From positions 421,609 to 485,608 of the forward strand of contig CAYYWQ010000001.1 of the NCBI GenBank assembly GCA_964474825.1: a stretch of DNA of 64,000 nt, given 5' to 3'. Positions 38,375-47,160 of the stretch are shown here, piece by piece; position 1 is the first letter of the stretch, and each line of letters begins with the position of its first letter. Origin of the DNA: an uncultured Candidatus Saccharibacteria bacterium. Its GTDB lineage: Bacteria; Patescibacteriota; Doudnabacteria; UBA920. The position numbers and the translations under genes are program-made. The notes beneath the pieces are model-generated. The model was not told where the DNA came from. It saw only the letters and a list, made by a program, of their open reading frames with translations, and ran no database searches.

Positions 38375-38797
38375 TTAGGAAATCACTTTATCAATTTTAT
38401 AAGTGTGGGCTTTGTCTTTAACTGTTTTCATTCTGGACATCATCGTCTTTCTAAAACGGACATCGTCTAGCATGCTGTAAACTGCTTTTTTAAAAACTTC
38501 TTCAGGATCCTTTTGCAGTAATACTTTTAAAGTGGTGGATTTAATACCGCCTAAGTAACCAGAATGTCTAAAATATTCTTTTTGTTCAACTTTACGGCCG
38601 CTAAATTTCATGCTACCGGTATTAGTAACCACAACGAAATCACCCATATCCATATGTGGGGTAAATTCGCGTTTGTGCTTACCTCTTAGCAAATTAGCAA
38701 CTTCAGTAGCAACACGGCCCATGGGCTTTTTTGACGCGTCAATTTCAAACCACTGGCGCTTAACTGTTTTTGGCAATGTAATGGATTGTGCTTTCAT
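38375..38797 (-). CDS. rplM: 50S ribosomal protein L13
   Basis: KRQWFEIDASKKPMGRVATEVANLLRGKHK signature. Confidence 0.9.
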   Translation of the reverse strand: MKAQSITLPKTVKRQWFEIDASKKPMGRVATEVANLLRGKHKREFTPHMDMGDFVVVTNTGSMKFSGRKVEQKEYFRHSGYLGGIKSTTLKVLLQKDPEEVFKKAVYSMLDDVRFRKTMMSRMKTVKDKAHTYKIDKVIS

Positions 38798-38798
38798 A

Positions 38799-39140
38799 TT
38801 ATACTAATTCCAAAATTACTTTTGAGGCGCCGGCTGTATGGTCGTTTAACTTGGTTAGTCTGGTATAACCACCTTTTCTTTCCTTGTATTTTGGTCCCAA
38901 AACTTCAATGGCTTTTTTAGCAGCCATGGGAGTCAACTTGGACAAAAGTATACGACGGGAATGAAGAGAATTGTCTTTAGATTGTGTAATAGCTTTTTCT
39001 ACATAAGCTTTAGCCACTTTACCATTAACATACGAAGTTTCAATTTTTTCGTATAAAATTGCAGAGGATGCTAAAGTTCGCAGAAGTTTTCTGCGGTGAT
39101 CCATACCCTTACCGAATTTTCGTTTATTGCCGTGTCTCAT
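38799..39140 (-). CDS. rplQ: 50S ribosomal protein L17
   Basis: MRHGNKRKFGKGMDHRRKLLRTLASS N-terminus. Confidence 0.9.
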   Translation of the reverse strand: MRHGNKRKFGKGMDHRRKLLRTLASSAILYEKIETSYVNGKVAKAYVEKAITQSKDNSLHSRRILLSKLTPMAAKKAIEVLGPKYKERKGGYTRLTKLNDHTAGASKVILELV

Positions 39141-39141
39141 A

Positions 39142-40068
39142 TTATCTTCCCAAGAAATCCATAATTTCTTTAATAGTCTTGTCGCCCAAGCCGCTTAAGT
39201 TAGCAATTTGTTCGCCGCTCAAGGCTTTTAAGGCTTCAATGGATACAATGTTATTTTTAGACAAAGAATTCTTAGCGCGGGTGGATAAAGCTGTATTTTC
39301 TATTTGGTCTTCCGCGGAAACAGGCTCGCTGGCAACCGCAATTTCCGGCAGCACAACTTCAGCGGCTTCCTGCGGCTTGCTAAAACCATCTGCAAACATC
39401 ATGCTAAAATGGTCAACCAAAATATGAGAGGCAATATCCGCGGCTTCCTGACCGGAAATGCTGCCATCGGTTTCCATGACCAATTCCATTTTGTCGTAGT
39501 TGGTAAGTTGCCCAACACGAACGTTAGAAACGTCAAAGTGAACGGACTTGATTGGGGTAAAAATAGCATCTACTGCAATTTGTCCAAGGTCCAATTTTTG
39601 ATTGTCTCTGGCTTCAACCGGAACATAACCGCGACCTTGTTCAATTGTTAATTCCATGTCGAAATCTGCAGTTTTGTTGTCTGTGGTAGCGATATGCAAA
39701 TCTTTATTTATTACCTGGACTTGGTCAGTTTCTTTTATGTCGGCCGCAGTAATAACTTTTTCGCCCTTGACTCTTAACTGTAAAATAACAGGTTCCGCGC
39801 TAAAGCTTTTTACGCGAAGCTGTTTAATATTTAAAATAATTTGGATTACGTCTTCCTTAACGTTCGGGATTGTGGAAAATTCGTGATCCACAAACTTAAT
39901 TTTCATGGCCGTAACCGCGGCTCCAGGCATGCTGGAAAGCAAGACTCTGCGCATGGCATTACCAATAGTAACGCCGTAGCCCGGGTAAAGGGGCTCTAAG
40001 ACGACGCTGTATTTATTTGTCCCAGCGTCGGTAATTACCGCGCGATTGGGCAGAGGAATTGCTTGCAT
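39142..40068 (-). CDS. rpoA: DNA-directed RNA polymerase subunit alpha
   Basis: N-terminal domain (VLEPLYPGYGVTIGNAMRRVLLSS) and C-terminal alpha-CTD. Start taken at the MQAIPL Met. Confidence 0.9.
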   Translation of the reverse strand: MQAIPLPNRAVITDAGTNKYSVVLEPLYPGYGVTIGNAMRRVLLSSMPGAAVTAMKIKFVDHEFSTIPNVKEDVIQIILNIKQLRVKSFSAEPVILQLRVKGEKVITAADIKETDQVQVINKDLHIATTDNKTADFDMELTIEQGRGYVPVEARDNQKLDLGQIAVDAIFTPIKSVHFDVSNVRVGQLTNYDKMELVMETDGSISGQEAADIASHILVDHFSMMFADGFSKPQEAAEVVLPEIAVASEPVSAEDQIENTALSTRAKNSLSKNNIVSIEALKALSGEQIANLSGLGDKTIKEIMDFLGR

Positions 40069-40141
40069 AGTTTTTTGAAACCTTTGACATTTAACGGTTG
40101 GCCCTGGGGCCAAAGTTAAATATTAATTGTCAAATGTTAAT

Positions 40142-40750
40142 TTAGGTCCTGCTATAATGTTCAACTATAAGTTGAGTATTTATTTGGTTGCCGATTAAAT
40201 CCGGAGTCGGCTGGCTCAAAACTTTTCCGGAAAGTTTGGTGCTGTCTAAGGACAACCATTCTTGGGTCTGAAAAGATTTAATCTTGTCTTTTAACTTTGT
40301 AACATACCCGCTGGCTTGCTTGCCCGCTCTTATAGCAACAACATCGCTTATTTTAACTCCGTAAGAAGGAATGTTAACTTTTTTGCCGTTAACTTCTATA
40401 AATCCATGGCCGACTATTTGGCGAGCTTGGGCTCTGGTTTCCCCAAAACCTAAACGGAAAACCACATTGTCCAAACGTAATTCCAAAAGTTTTAAAAGAT
40501 TGTCGCCGGTTACGCCGGTTTGCTTTAGAGCGTGTTTGAAATAGCGCTCAAATTGCTTTTCCATTACGCCATAGCTAATTTTAGCCTTTTGCTTTTCGCG
40601 CAATTGTGTGCCGTATTCAGAAAGACGGACGCGGTTTTGACCGTGCTGTCCCGGAGGAGTAGCGCGTCTTTGCATAACCTTGGCATCTTTGGCTGTAAAG
40701 GCCATGCCAAACCTTCTGGCTTTTTTAACTTTTGGTCCTGTATAACGCAT
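40142..40750 (-). CDS. rpsD: 30S ribosomal protein S4
   Basis: MRYTGPKVKKARRFG N-terminus and S4 domain. Confidence 0.9.
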   Translation of the reverse strand: MRYTGPKVKKARRFGMAFTAKDAKVMQRRATPPGQHGQNRVRLSEYGTQLREKQKAKISYGVMEKQFERYFKHALKQTGVTGDNLLKLLELRLDNVVFRLGFGETRAQARQIVGHGFIEVNGKKVNIPSYGVKISDVVAIRAGKQASGYVTKLKDKIKSFQTQEWLSLDSTKLSGKVLSQPTPDLIGNQINTQLIVEHYSRT

Positions 40751-40760
40751 AGTTTAATTT

Positions 40761-40874
40761 AAAAAATTACAATTTACTGGTTTGATTGTACACCCACATC
40801 AAGAAAAAATATGCTCCCACTAAAACTATCAAACTGATGGTAATAATGATGGCGTTTTTTAATCTTGGGTTCAT
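40761..40874 (-). CDS. Possible 37-aa hydrophobic micropeptide between rpsD and rpsK
   Basis: ATG-initiated ORF MNPRLKNAIIITISLIVLVGAYFFLMWVYNQTSKL (single predicted TM helix) filling the rpsK-rpsD spacer. Found by hand, as it falls below the ORF-track size cutoff. Confidence 0.25.
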
Positions 40875-40878
40875 GTGA

Positions 40879-41340
40879 TTATACGCGACGCGGTTTCTTG
40901 GGTCTTACTCCGCCATGTGGAATAGGTGTTTGGTCTTTTATGGTTAAAACATTTAAGCCACTTCCTTGAAGAGCTCTAACTGCAGATTCACGGCCGCTGC
41001 CAATTCCTTTAATTAAAACATCTACTTCCACCAAGCCGCGTTCTTTCATTCGGGACAACACGTCTTCCATGGTTTTTTGTCCGGCATAAGGAGTAGATTT
41101 TTTAGAACCCTTAAAACCAATTTTTCCGGCGCTGCTCCAAATAAGGACGTTGCCGGTTAGGTCGGTAGCTGAAACAATGGTGTTGTTATATGTGGAATTT
41201 ACGTAGATTTTACCTTTGGTAACTTTGGCCTTAGACTTCTTTTTCTTGGACTTAATTTTAGGCGCTTCGGAAGCCGATGCATCCGCTTTTGGGACAGTAA
41301 CTTCTTTTACGCTTTCAGTTGTAGTTGTTTCTTCAGCCAT
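40879..41340 (-). CDS. rpsK: 30S ribosomal protein S11 with a K-rich N-terminal extension
   Basis: Core [34 protein letters not shown]... Confidence 0.9.
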   Translation of the reverse strand: MAEETTTTESVKEVTVPKADASASEAPKIKSKKKKSKAKVTKGKIYVNSTYNNTIVSATDLTGNVLIWSSAGKIGFKGSKKSTPYAGQKTMEDVLSRMKERGLVEVDVLIKGIGSGRESAVRALQGSGLNVLTIKDQTPIPHGGVRPKKPRRV

Positions 41341-41378
41341 AAATGTTTATACGATGGTTGATAATTATCTCCGCGTCT

Positions 41379-41768
41379 TTAGGTCTTTTCTGAGGCGTTC
41401 TTCCTACCGCTACCTGCCGTCTTTCTTACGTTACCACGGCGGGTTCGGGAGTTAGTCTTAGTCCTCTGGCCTCTTACAGGCAAACCTTTAATGTGTCTGG
41501 AACCTCTGTAAGAACCAATTTCTTTTAATCTCTTTATATTTAGTAAAACCTGCTGTCTTAATTCCCCTTCTACTTTATAGCTCTTTTCTATGTATTCGCG
41601 AATGCGGTTAAGTTCAGTTTCCGATAAATCTTTTGTCCGCTTATTTGGGTCAACGTTGGTTGCTGCCAAAACTTTTTTGGACAATGTTAAACCGACGCCG
41701 TAGATATAAGGCAGCGCCGCTTCAATTCTCTTTTCATTTGGGATGGTAACACCGGCAATTCTAGCCAT
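41379..41768 (-). CDS. rpsM: 30S ribosomal protein S13
   Basis: [27 protein letters not shown]-terminus. Confidence 0.9.
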   Translation of the reverse strand: MARIAGVTIPNEKRIEAALPYIYGVGLTLSKKVLAATNVDPNKRTKDLSETELNRIREYIEKSYKVEGELRQQVLLNIKRLKEIGSYRGSRHIKGLPVRGQRTKTNSRTRRGNVRKTAGSGRKNASEKT

Positions 41769-41865
41769 AAAAAATAGTTTATAAAGTATAAAGTTCTTAA
41801 AGTTTATAAAGTAATGCAGTCCTTGATAACTTTATAACTTTACGAACTTTCAACTAGCCTGGGCT

Positions 41866-41979
41866 TTAGCCCTGGCGCTGTTTATGTTTGGGGTTAGTAC
41901 AAATAATATAAATACGGCCGAATCTTTTAACGACCTTGCAATTCTTACAAATAGGTTTTACGGAAGCTCTTACTTTCAT
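41866..41979 (-). CDS. rpmJ: 50S ribosomal protein L36
   Basis: Hand-translated 37-aa [40 protein letters not shown] (zinc-ribbon L36). Not in the ORF track because of its size. Confidence 0.85.
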   Translation of the reverse strand: MKVRASVKPICKNCKVVKRFGRIYIICTNPKHKQRQG

Positions 41980-41984
41980 ATAAT

Positions 41985-42205
41985 TTATCTCATTCTTCGG
42001 GTAATACGTCCTTTAGTTAAGTCGTATGGGGTCATTTCAATCAGCACGCGGTCGCCGGGAAGTACGCGAATCATGTTCACCCGCATTTTTCCAGCCAAAT
42101 GGCCCAGCACTACCTGCCCGCTGTCCAGCTGGACGCGAAAAATAGCATTAGGCAAATTCTCAAGGATTTTGCCCTCAAGCTCAATGATGTCTTTTTTTGT
42201 TCCAG
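41985..42205 (-). CDS. infA: Translation initiation factor IF-1 (start codon unresolved)
   Basis: Hand translation gives ...[70 protein letters not shown]. There is no in-frame ATG/GTG/TTG between the upstream in-frame stop and the conserved KKD; an A7 homopolymer lies at the junction. Confidence 0.75.
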
Positions 42206-42264
42206 ACTTCCCAAAGTCTTGATTGCCGCGAGTTGAAATAGCTATAAATCTAAACTAATAATTT

Positions 42265-42296
42265 GTATAATTCTATCACAATCTTAAAATATGTCA
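42265..42296 (-). promoter_or_regulatory. Sigma70-type promoter (TTGACA-N16-TAGAAT) for the infA-rpmJ-rpsM-rpsK-rpsD-rpoA-rplQ operon
   Basis: The reverse complement of 42291-42296 is TTGACA and of 42268-42273 is TAGAAT. Confidence 0.4.
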
Positions 42297-42422
42297 AGCT
42301 TTTTTGGGCTTAAAATATTTTCTGCCTTATTTAAGAGGTTTTATGGGATTTAAAAGGCGACCAACTTTTTAAGGGTTTACTTTAAGCTCTTTTATCAAAA
42401 TCCGAAAAACAGTCTAAAATTA

Positions 42423-44177
42423 CTACTCTTCTATTATTATTGTATTTTGATCTTTTATGATTACCTCAATTTTCTGCTTTAGCCAGGGGAAAGTTTTTTG
42501 CCACCCCGGCACTAATATTACATCTATGTGGTCAATTTCCGGTTTAGTTTCCAAAATATCATTAACTTGGGCCGGGGTTTTACCGACTAGTCCTTCTGCC
42601 ACGTTATTAACATCTACTTGGTAAACCGAGCTGCTTTCTAAATGGGCTGTTACTATTGCCGATCCGGCATTAAAATCAAAGCTTTTAATTTTATAGGTGC
42701 TTTCTAAATTTGGGTCGTCCTGCAAGGCAGCGCCGGCGGCAATGGACTGGTTAACGCGCTTATAAATCAAGTCTGATAAATCATTTTTATTAAATGCCAG
42801 CCCGTCTACTGTAGCCAGGAGGGAAGCGCTAAAAGTCGGAACATCACTGTTGACCGGTTTGTCGGTTACAAAAGAGGTCACCTGCACTGTAAAATCATTG
42901 TCGGGTAAAATTTTTCCCTCTGCAGCTAATTTTGCCCGCAATTGGGATAAAATATTTTGCTTTAAAGAATTTTGCGCAGCAAGAATGTCCGGGTCGCTAA
43001 TAAAAGAAAGGTAGCGCGAAACGCCGCCGCTAATGGCCGTATCTGTTTTTGCGTAAAGCAATTGCGGTTTACTGCCAAATACCTGGTTGCTAATCTCCAT
43101 CCTGGTACCGGCAGGCAAATTGCCTGCCTCTCCGGCCGTAACCGCCACTAACTCCACAGACTCACCCAAGCTGCTTTGGTCAATCTCTTTTGTGGCCACA
43201 TTGGAATAACTAGTGGGTTTTACCTGCACCAAATCGCCGGACATCTTATAATTCTGACCGTTAACAGTGAAGGTTGTGGTCCCCGCTTTTAAATTAATTG
43301 GCGCTTTTGTAAAATTATAAATTTTAACTGTCCCTGTGGCGGGATTTCCAACCTGTTTTTTTCCCTGGCTCTGAAAGTCGTCGGCTGCCTGGAGAGTTTC
43401 ACTAACTTTTATTGCAGGCAAAACCAACTGGTCCGCATCGGCCTCCTTTGCTGTGGTGCTTAGGGTTATGTCTATATCCCTGGTTACTTGTTCCGCGCGG
43501 GGATAAATAAGCACGGTTGCTTTAGGCAGTACCAAAAAGATTACGGCCGCCGCCAACAATAGAGCAAAAAATGCAAACCAAACCACGGTCCTCTTAACAG
43601 ACCTGGACTTTTTTTGGACCTGCTGTTCACTTAAGATTTTTTCTTCAAGTTCCCGGGGGAAAATAGTGTCCTTTACGGCCGCGTCAGGAATTTCTTCAAC
43701 CAGAAAATCAGGGCCGGTTTCTGTTCTGACGGTAGAAACCTGCGGCGGAGTAGAAATTACTGAAGACTGTTCCGGCTCTTTTTTTGCAAAAAGCTTAGTA
43801 AAACTTTTTAGTTCCTGGGCAGTGGTTTCTAAAATATTTGGTTTCTCTATTGCTGAAACTTCTGGCCGCTCGACAACCGGCTTACCAGGAAGTTTTACGT
43901 CAGATAGCTTGGAAGACTTAGCAGCGCCGGGCACCTGGCGGAGCTCAAAGCCCGCAGCTTGGGCATAGGCCTGACCGTTTTCATCCATCGTTAAAATAGA
44001 AACTTCTTTGCCGGCCGCGCTAATTTCAGTCTTGAGTAATTTTAAATATATAGGGTCGCTAAACAACAAGCTGCCTTTTGGACAAACCAAAACAACTTGC
44101 TCTGACCGCTGCCTCTTTATTCTCGAGGCAATCGCTTCAACCCCGTCTTCTAAATTTATGTATACACTGGGAATCAT
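42423..44177 (-). CDS. Hypothetical bitopic membrane protein (cytoplasmic N-domain, one TM helix, large extracytoplasmic domain)
   Basis: 584 aa with a single hydrophobic helix near residue 200 (VVWFAFFALLLAAAVIFLVL). No recognisable enzymatic motifs. Overlaps pgi by 4 nt. Confidence 0.4.
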   Translation of the reverse strand: MIPSVYINLEDGVEAIASRIKRQRSEQVVLVCPKGSLLFSDPIYLKLLKTEISAAGKEVSILTMDENGQAYAQAAGFELRQVPGAAKSSKLSDVKLPGKPVVERPEVSAIEKPNILETTAQELKSFTKLFAKKEPEQSSVISTPPQVSTVRTETGPDFLVEEIPDAAVKDTIFPRELEEKILSEQQVQKKSRSVKRTVVWFAFFALLLAAAVIFLVLPKATVLIYPRAEQVTRDIDITLSTTAKEADADQLVLPAIKVSETLQAADDFQSQGKKQVGNPATGTVKIYNFTKAPINLKAGTTTFTVNGQNYKMSGDLVQVKPTSYSNVATKEIDQSSLGESVELVAVTAGEAGNLPAGTRMEISNQVFGSKPQLLYAKTDTAISGGVSRYLSFISDPDILAAQNSLKQNILSQLRAKLAAEGKILPDNDFTVQVTSFVTDKPVNSDVPTFSASLLATVDGLAFNKNDLSDLIYKRVNQSIAAGAALQDDPNLESTYKIKSFDFNAGSAIVTAHLESSSVYQVDVNNVAEGLVGKTPAQVNDILETKPEIDHIDVILVPGWQKTFPWLKQKIEVIIKDQNTIIIEE

Positions 44178-45340
44178 AATAATCCCTTAAACGCCAGGCG
44201 TTTGTTAAAAGATATATTTTTACTGTTCTCCACCTGCGGTTGATCAAAAGGGTTAACGTTTCTTAAAACAGACGAATACACGGCAAAAAGTTGCCAAAAG
44301 GCAACAAGTTGTCCTAACTCCTCCGGCAAAAAACCGCCAATTAATAACTTCACAACCGGAATTCCATTTATACGTGCATCTTCTAAAGTCCCTTGTAGTT
44401 CAAACTCTAAAGATTTCTCCAAAGGGATTTTATTTAAATCAAACACCGCATGTCCTTTAATTTGCACGCTGTGAGCCACGGTTGGATAATTATTTACAGT
44501 CGGGTGCAAAAATGTTTCGCTTCCCATAAAAAACCCGCAGATATTTTTTCTGCCTCCAAAAAACCTTTGGTTGGTATGGTGCTGGCTTTCTGGAGCCTCG
44601 TGCGCAAAATAAGTTTGTCCTTTGCCGTCTTTGCCAAAACTTTCGTGGCAAAGCTGGACAATTAAACTAGATATTGGGAACAAATTGTGCGCATAAACGG
44701 GCATGAACACATCCACATAACCTTTTTGTTCTAATTGAAAGAACATACTGGCAGCCTGCCAGGCTACATTTTCTTTGCTATACAAATCATAAAACTTCTT
44801 TGCACCTTTATACAAGCCTTCTACGTCTAAGCCCGCAATTGCGGCCGGCAATAAAGCAACTTCAGTAAGTCCGGTATAACGCCCACCAATGGCAGGATGG
44901 TTAAAAATCCGCAATTTTAATTTTTCCGCTAAAGCTCTGAGTGGACTGCTTTTGCCGGTTACCACGAGCATAGAATAGTCGCTAAAGCGCATTGTCATTT
45001 CTAAATGAGTCGTGTTTTCACCGGACTTACTAACAGAAACAACCAAAGTGTCCTCTTTAGGTAATTTGTGAGTCAATTCATAAATATAATCCGGATCTAC
45101 TGTATTTAAAAAATAAACATTTTTTTTGCACTGATATTTTAGCGCTTCATAAAAACCGTAAAAGCTAGTTAAGCTTCCGCCGTGGGCAATAATTAAAATA
45201 TTTTTATAATGTTTGTATTCCTCGGCAGTTTTTTTAAGCAATTCAAAATCCGGTTTGTATTTAACAAACTCAGGTGTTTCCGGCAATCTAACATCTTCCA
45301 TTTTTCCCGGAGCAGGGCAGTTGTAAAATTCTAACTTCAT
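44174..45340 (-). CDS. pgi: Glucose-6-phosphate isomerase (short SIS-domain PGI type)
   Basis: SIS-domain motif VVSVSKSGENTTHLE and the overall length and architecture of short archaeal/CPR-type PGI. Confidence 0.55.
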   Translation of the reverse strand: MKLEFYNCPAPGKMEDVRLPETPEFVKYKPDFELLKKTAEEYKHYKNILIIAHGGSLTSFYGFYEALKYQCKKNVYFLNTVDPDYIYELTHKLPKEDTLVVSVSKSGENTTHLEMTMRFSDYSMLVVTGKSSPLRALAEKLKLRIFNHPAIGGRYTGLTEVALLPAAIAGLDVEGLYKGAKKFYDLYSKENVAWQAASMFFQLEQKGYVDVFMPVYAHNLFPISSLIVQLCHESFGKDGKGQTYFAHEAPESQHHTNQRFFGGRKNICGFFMGSETFLHPTVNNYPTVAHSVQIKGHAVFDLNKIPLEKSLEFELQGTLEDARINGIPVVKLLIGGFLPEELGQLVAFWQLFAVYSSVLRNVNPFDQPQVENSKNISFNKRLAFKGLL

Positions 45341-45346
45341 TTTATT

Positions 45347-47125
45347 TTATTCAACAAAAGCTTTTATTCTTCTCACTCCTGCCGAAGACGCTTCTTCTTT
45401 TTGTATTTTAAATTTGCCTAACACACCGGTATGTTCTACGTGCGGGCCGCCGCAAAATTCGCGGGAGAAGGCGGAGCCGTCTTTGTTAAATATAGTGTAA
45501 ACAGAAACTACTTCGCCGTACTTGGCGCCAAATTCCATCATGGCTCCAAGTTTTTCTGCTTCGGCTTTGGGCATCTCTTCCCGTCTGACTTCCAAGTCTT
45601 CCTCTATTTTTTCGTTTACCATGTCTTCCACAAGCCTGAGCTGTTCCGGTGTCATTTTTTCACCGTGGGAAAAATCTATTCTCAATCTTTCCGAGGACAC
45701 ATTTGAACCTCTTTGCAAAACATGAGGACCTAAAACAAAACGAAGAGCGGCTAGTAAAAGATGATGAGCAGTGTGGTGTTTAATAGTTTTTTCTTCATGG
45801 TCAACTAATCCGCCTTTAAACATTCCGGCTGAAGATGTCCGGGAAAGATCCTGATGTTTTTTAAATTCAGACTCGTACTCAACCTTATCTATTTTTTGGC
45901 CACTGCTTTCCGCAAGCTCTTTTGTGAGTTCCCAAGGAAAGCCAAAAGTCTGGTACAAATCAAAAGCCTCTTTGCCCGTAACCTGTTTTTCGTTCTGAAT
46001 AAGCTTCTCAAACTCCTTAAGGCCCTTTTCTATGGTAACTTCAAACTTTTTCTGTTCTTCTAAAATAACAGCAAAAGTCTTTTCCGAATTTTGGACTAAG
46101 TCGGGGTAGGCCTCGGCGCAGATAGATATTACTTTACCTATTAAAGCCTGTAGCCAATGGAGCTTTAAATTCAGCAACCTGCCCATAACCATGGCCCGGC
46201 GAAGCAAACGCCTGAGAATATATCCGCGGTCCTTGTTGGAAGGCTCCACTCCGTCGCTAACAATGAACACTGAAGCCCTTACATGGTCAACTATAATACG
46301 GGCCCGACGTTCTTCGTCGTTAGTCATTATTTCCTGGTCAAGTTCAATAACCTGAAACATTTGATTAAAGAGCTCTGTGTCGTAAACGGATTTTTGCCCG
46401 TTTAAAACCGCCAAGGTCCTGTCCATGCCCATACCGGTGTCTACATTGGGCTTCTTAAGAGGGATTAGCTGGCCGTCCTCCTGTTTTTCAAACTGCATGA
46501 ATACGTCGTTCCAAATCTCTACCCAACGTTTGTCGTCTTTGGTGGCTTGGAAATTTGCAGGAGCCGGTGTGCCGTCGTCTATCCAATAAAACATCTCTGT
46601 ATCGGGTCCGCAGGGGCCTGTAGTGCCGGCTATCCACCAATTGTCTTCTTTTGGCAAATAGGCAATGCGCTCTTTTGGCACCCCGAGCGAAAGCCAAACC
46701 GAAGCGGACTCTTCGTCACGCGGCGCGTCAGCGTCACCGGCAAAAACGGAAAAAGCTAAGCGTTCTAAAGGAAGCCCCAACCACTCCTGGGATGTTAAAA
46801 ATTCAAAAGACCATTCTATCGCCTCTTTTTTGAAATAGTCCCCAAAACTCCAATTACCCAACATTTCAAAAAAAGTTAAATGCGTGTTGTCCCCCACTTC
46901 GTCTATATCTATAGTACGTATGCATTTTTGACAGTCGGCCACGCGCTTCCCACCCGGGTGATCTTCTCCCAGTAAATAAGGGACCAAAGGAAACATCCCG
47001 GCCATGGTAAACAAAGCGCTGCTGCCCGGCCCGGGCACCAAAGATGCCGAAGGAATAATAGTATGGCCTTTGGATTTAAAAAATTCCAGGTATTTAGTTC
47101 TGAGTTGTTGTGCAGTAATTTTCAT
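45347..47125 (-). CDS. alaS: Alanine--tRNA ligase, short form lacking the C-Ala domain
   Basis: Class II AlaRS N-terminal catalytic domain (FTMAGMFPLVPYLLG...NWSFGDYFK) and editing-domain metal site (HTAHHLL...CGGPHV). 592 aa versus ~870 for the canonical enzyme. Confidence 0.8.
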   Translation of the reverse strand: MKITAQQLRTKYLEFFKSKGHTIIPSASLVPGPGSSALFTMAGMFPLVPYLLGEDHPGGKRVADCQKCIRTIDIDEVGDNTHLTFFEMLGNWSFGDYFKKEAIEWSFEFLTSQEWLGLPLERLAFSVFAGDADAPRDEESASVWLSLGVPKERIAYLPKEDNWWIAGTTGPCGPDTEMFYWIDDGTPAPANFQATKDDKRWVEIWNDVFMQFEKQEDGQLIPLKKPNVDTGMGMDRTLAVLNGQKSVYDTELFNQMFQVIELDQEIMTNDEERRARIIVDHVRASVFIVSDGVEPSNKDRGYILRRLLRRAMVMGRLLNLKLHWLQALIGKVISICAEAYPDLVQNSEKTFAVILEEQKKFEVTIEKGLKEFEKLIQNEKQVTGKEAFDLYQTFGFPWELTKELAESSGQKIDKVEYESEFKKHQDLSRTSSAGMFKGGLVDHEEKTIKHHTAHHLLLAALRFVLGPHVLQRGSNVSSERLRIDFSHGEKMTPEQLRLVEDMVNEKIEEDLEVRREEMPKAEAEKLGAMMEFGAKYGEVVSVYTIFNKDGSAFSREFCGGPHVEHTGVLGKFKIQKEEASSAGVRRIKAFVE

Positions 47126-47160
47126 ATACTTATTTTCTTATATGCTTACGCGCTTATTGA

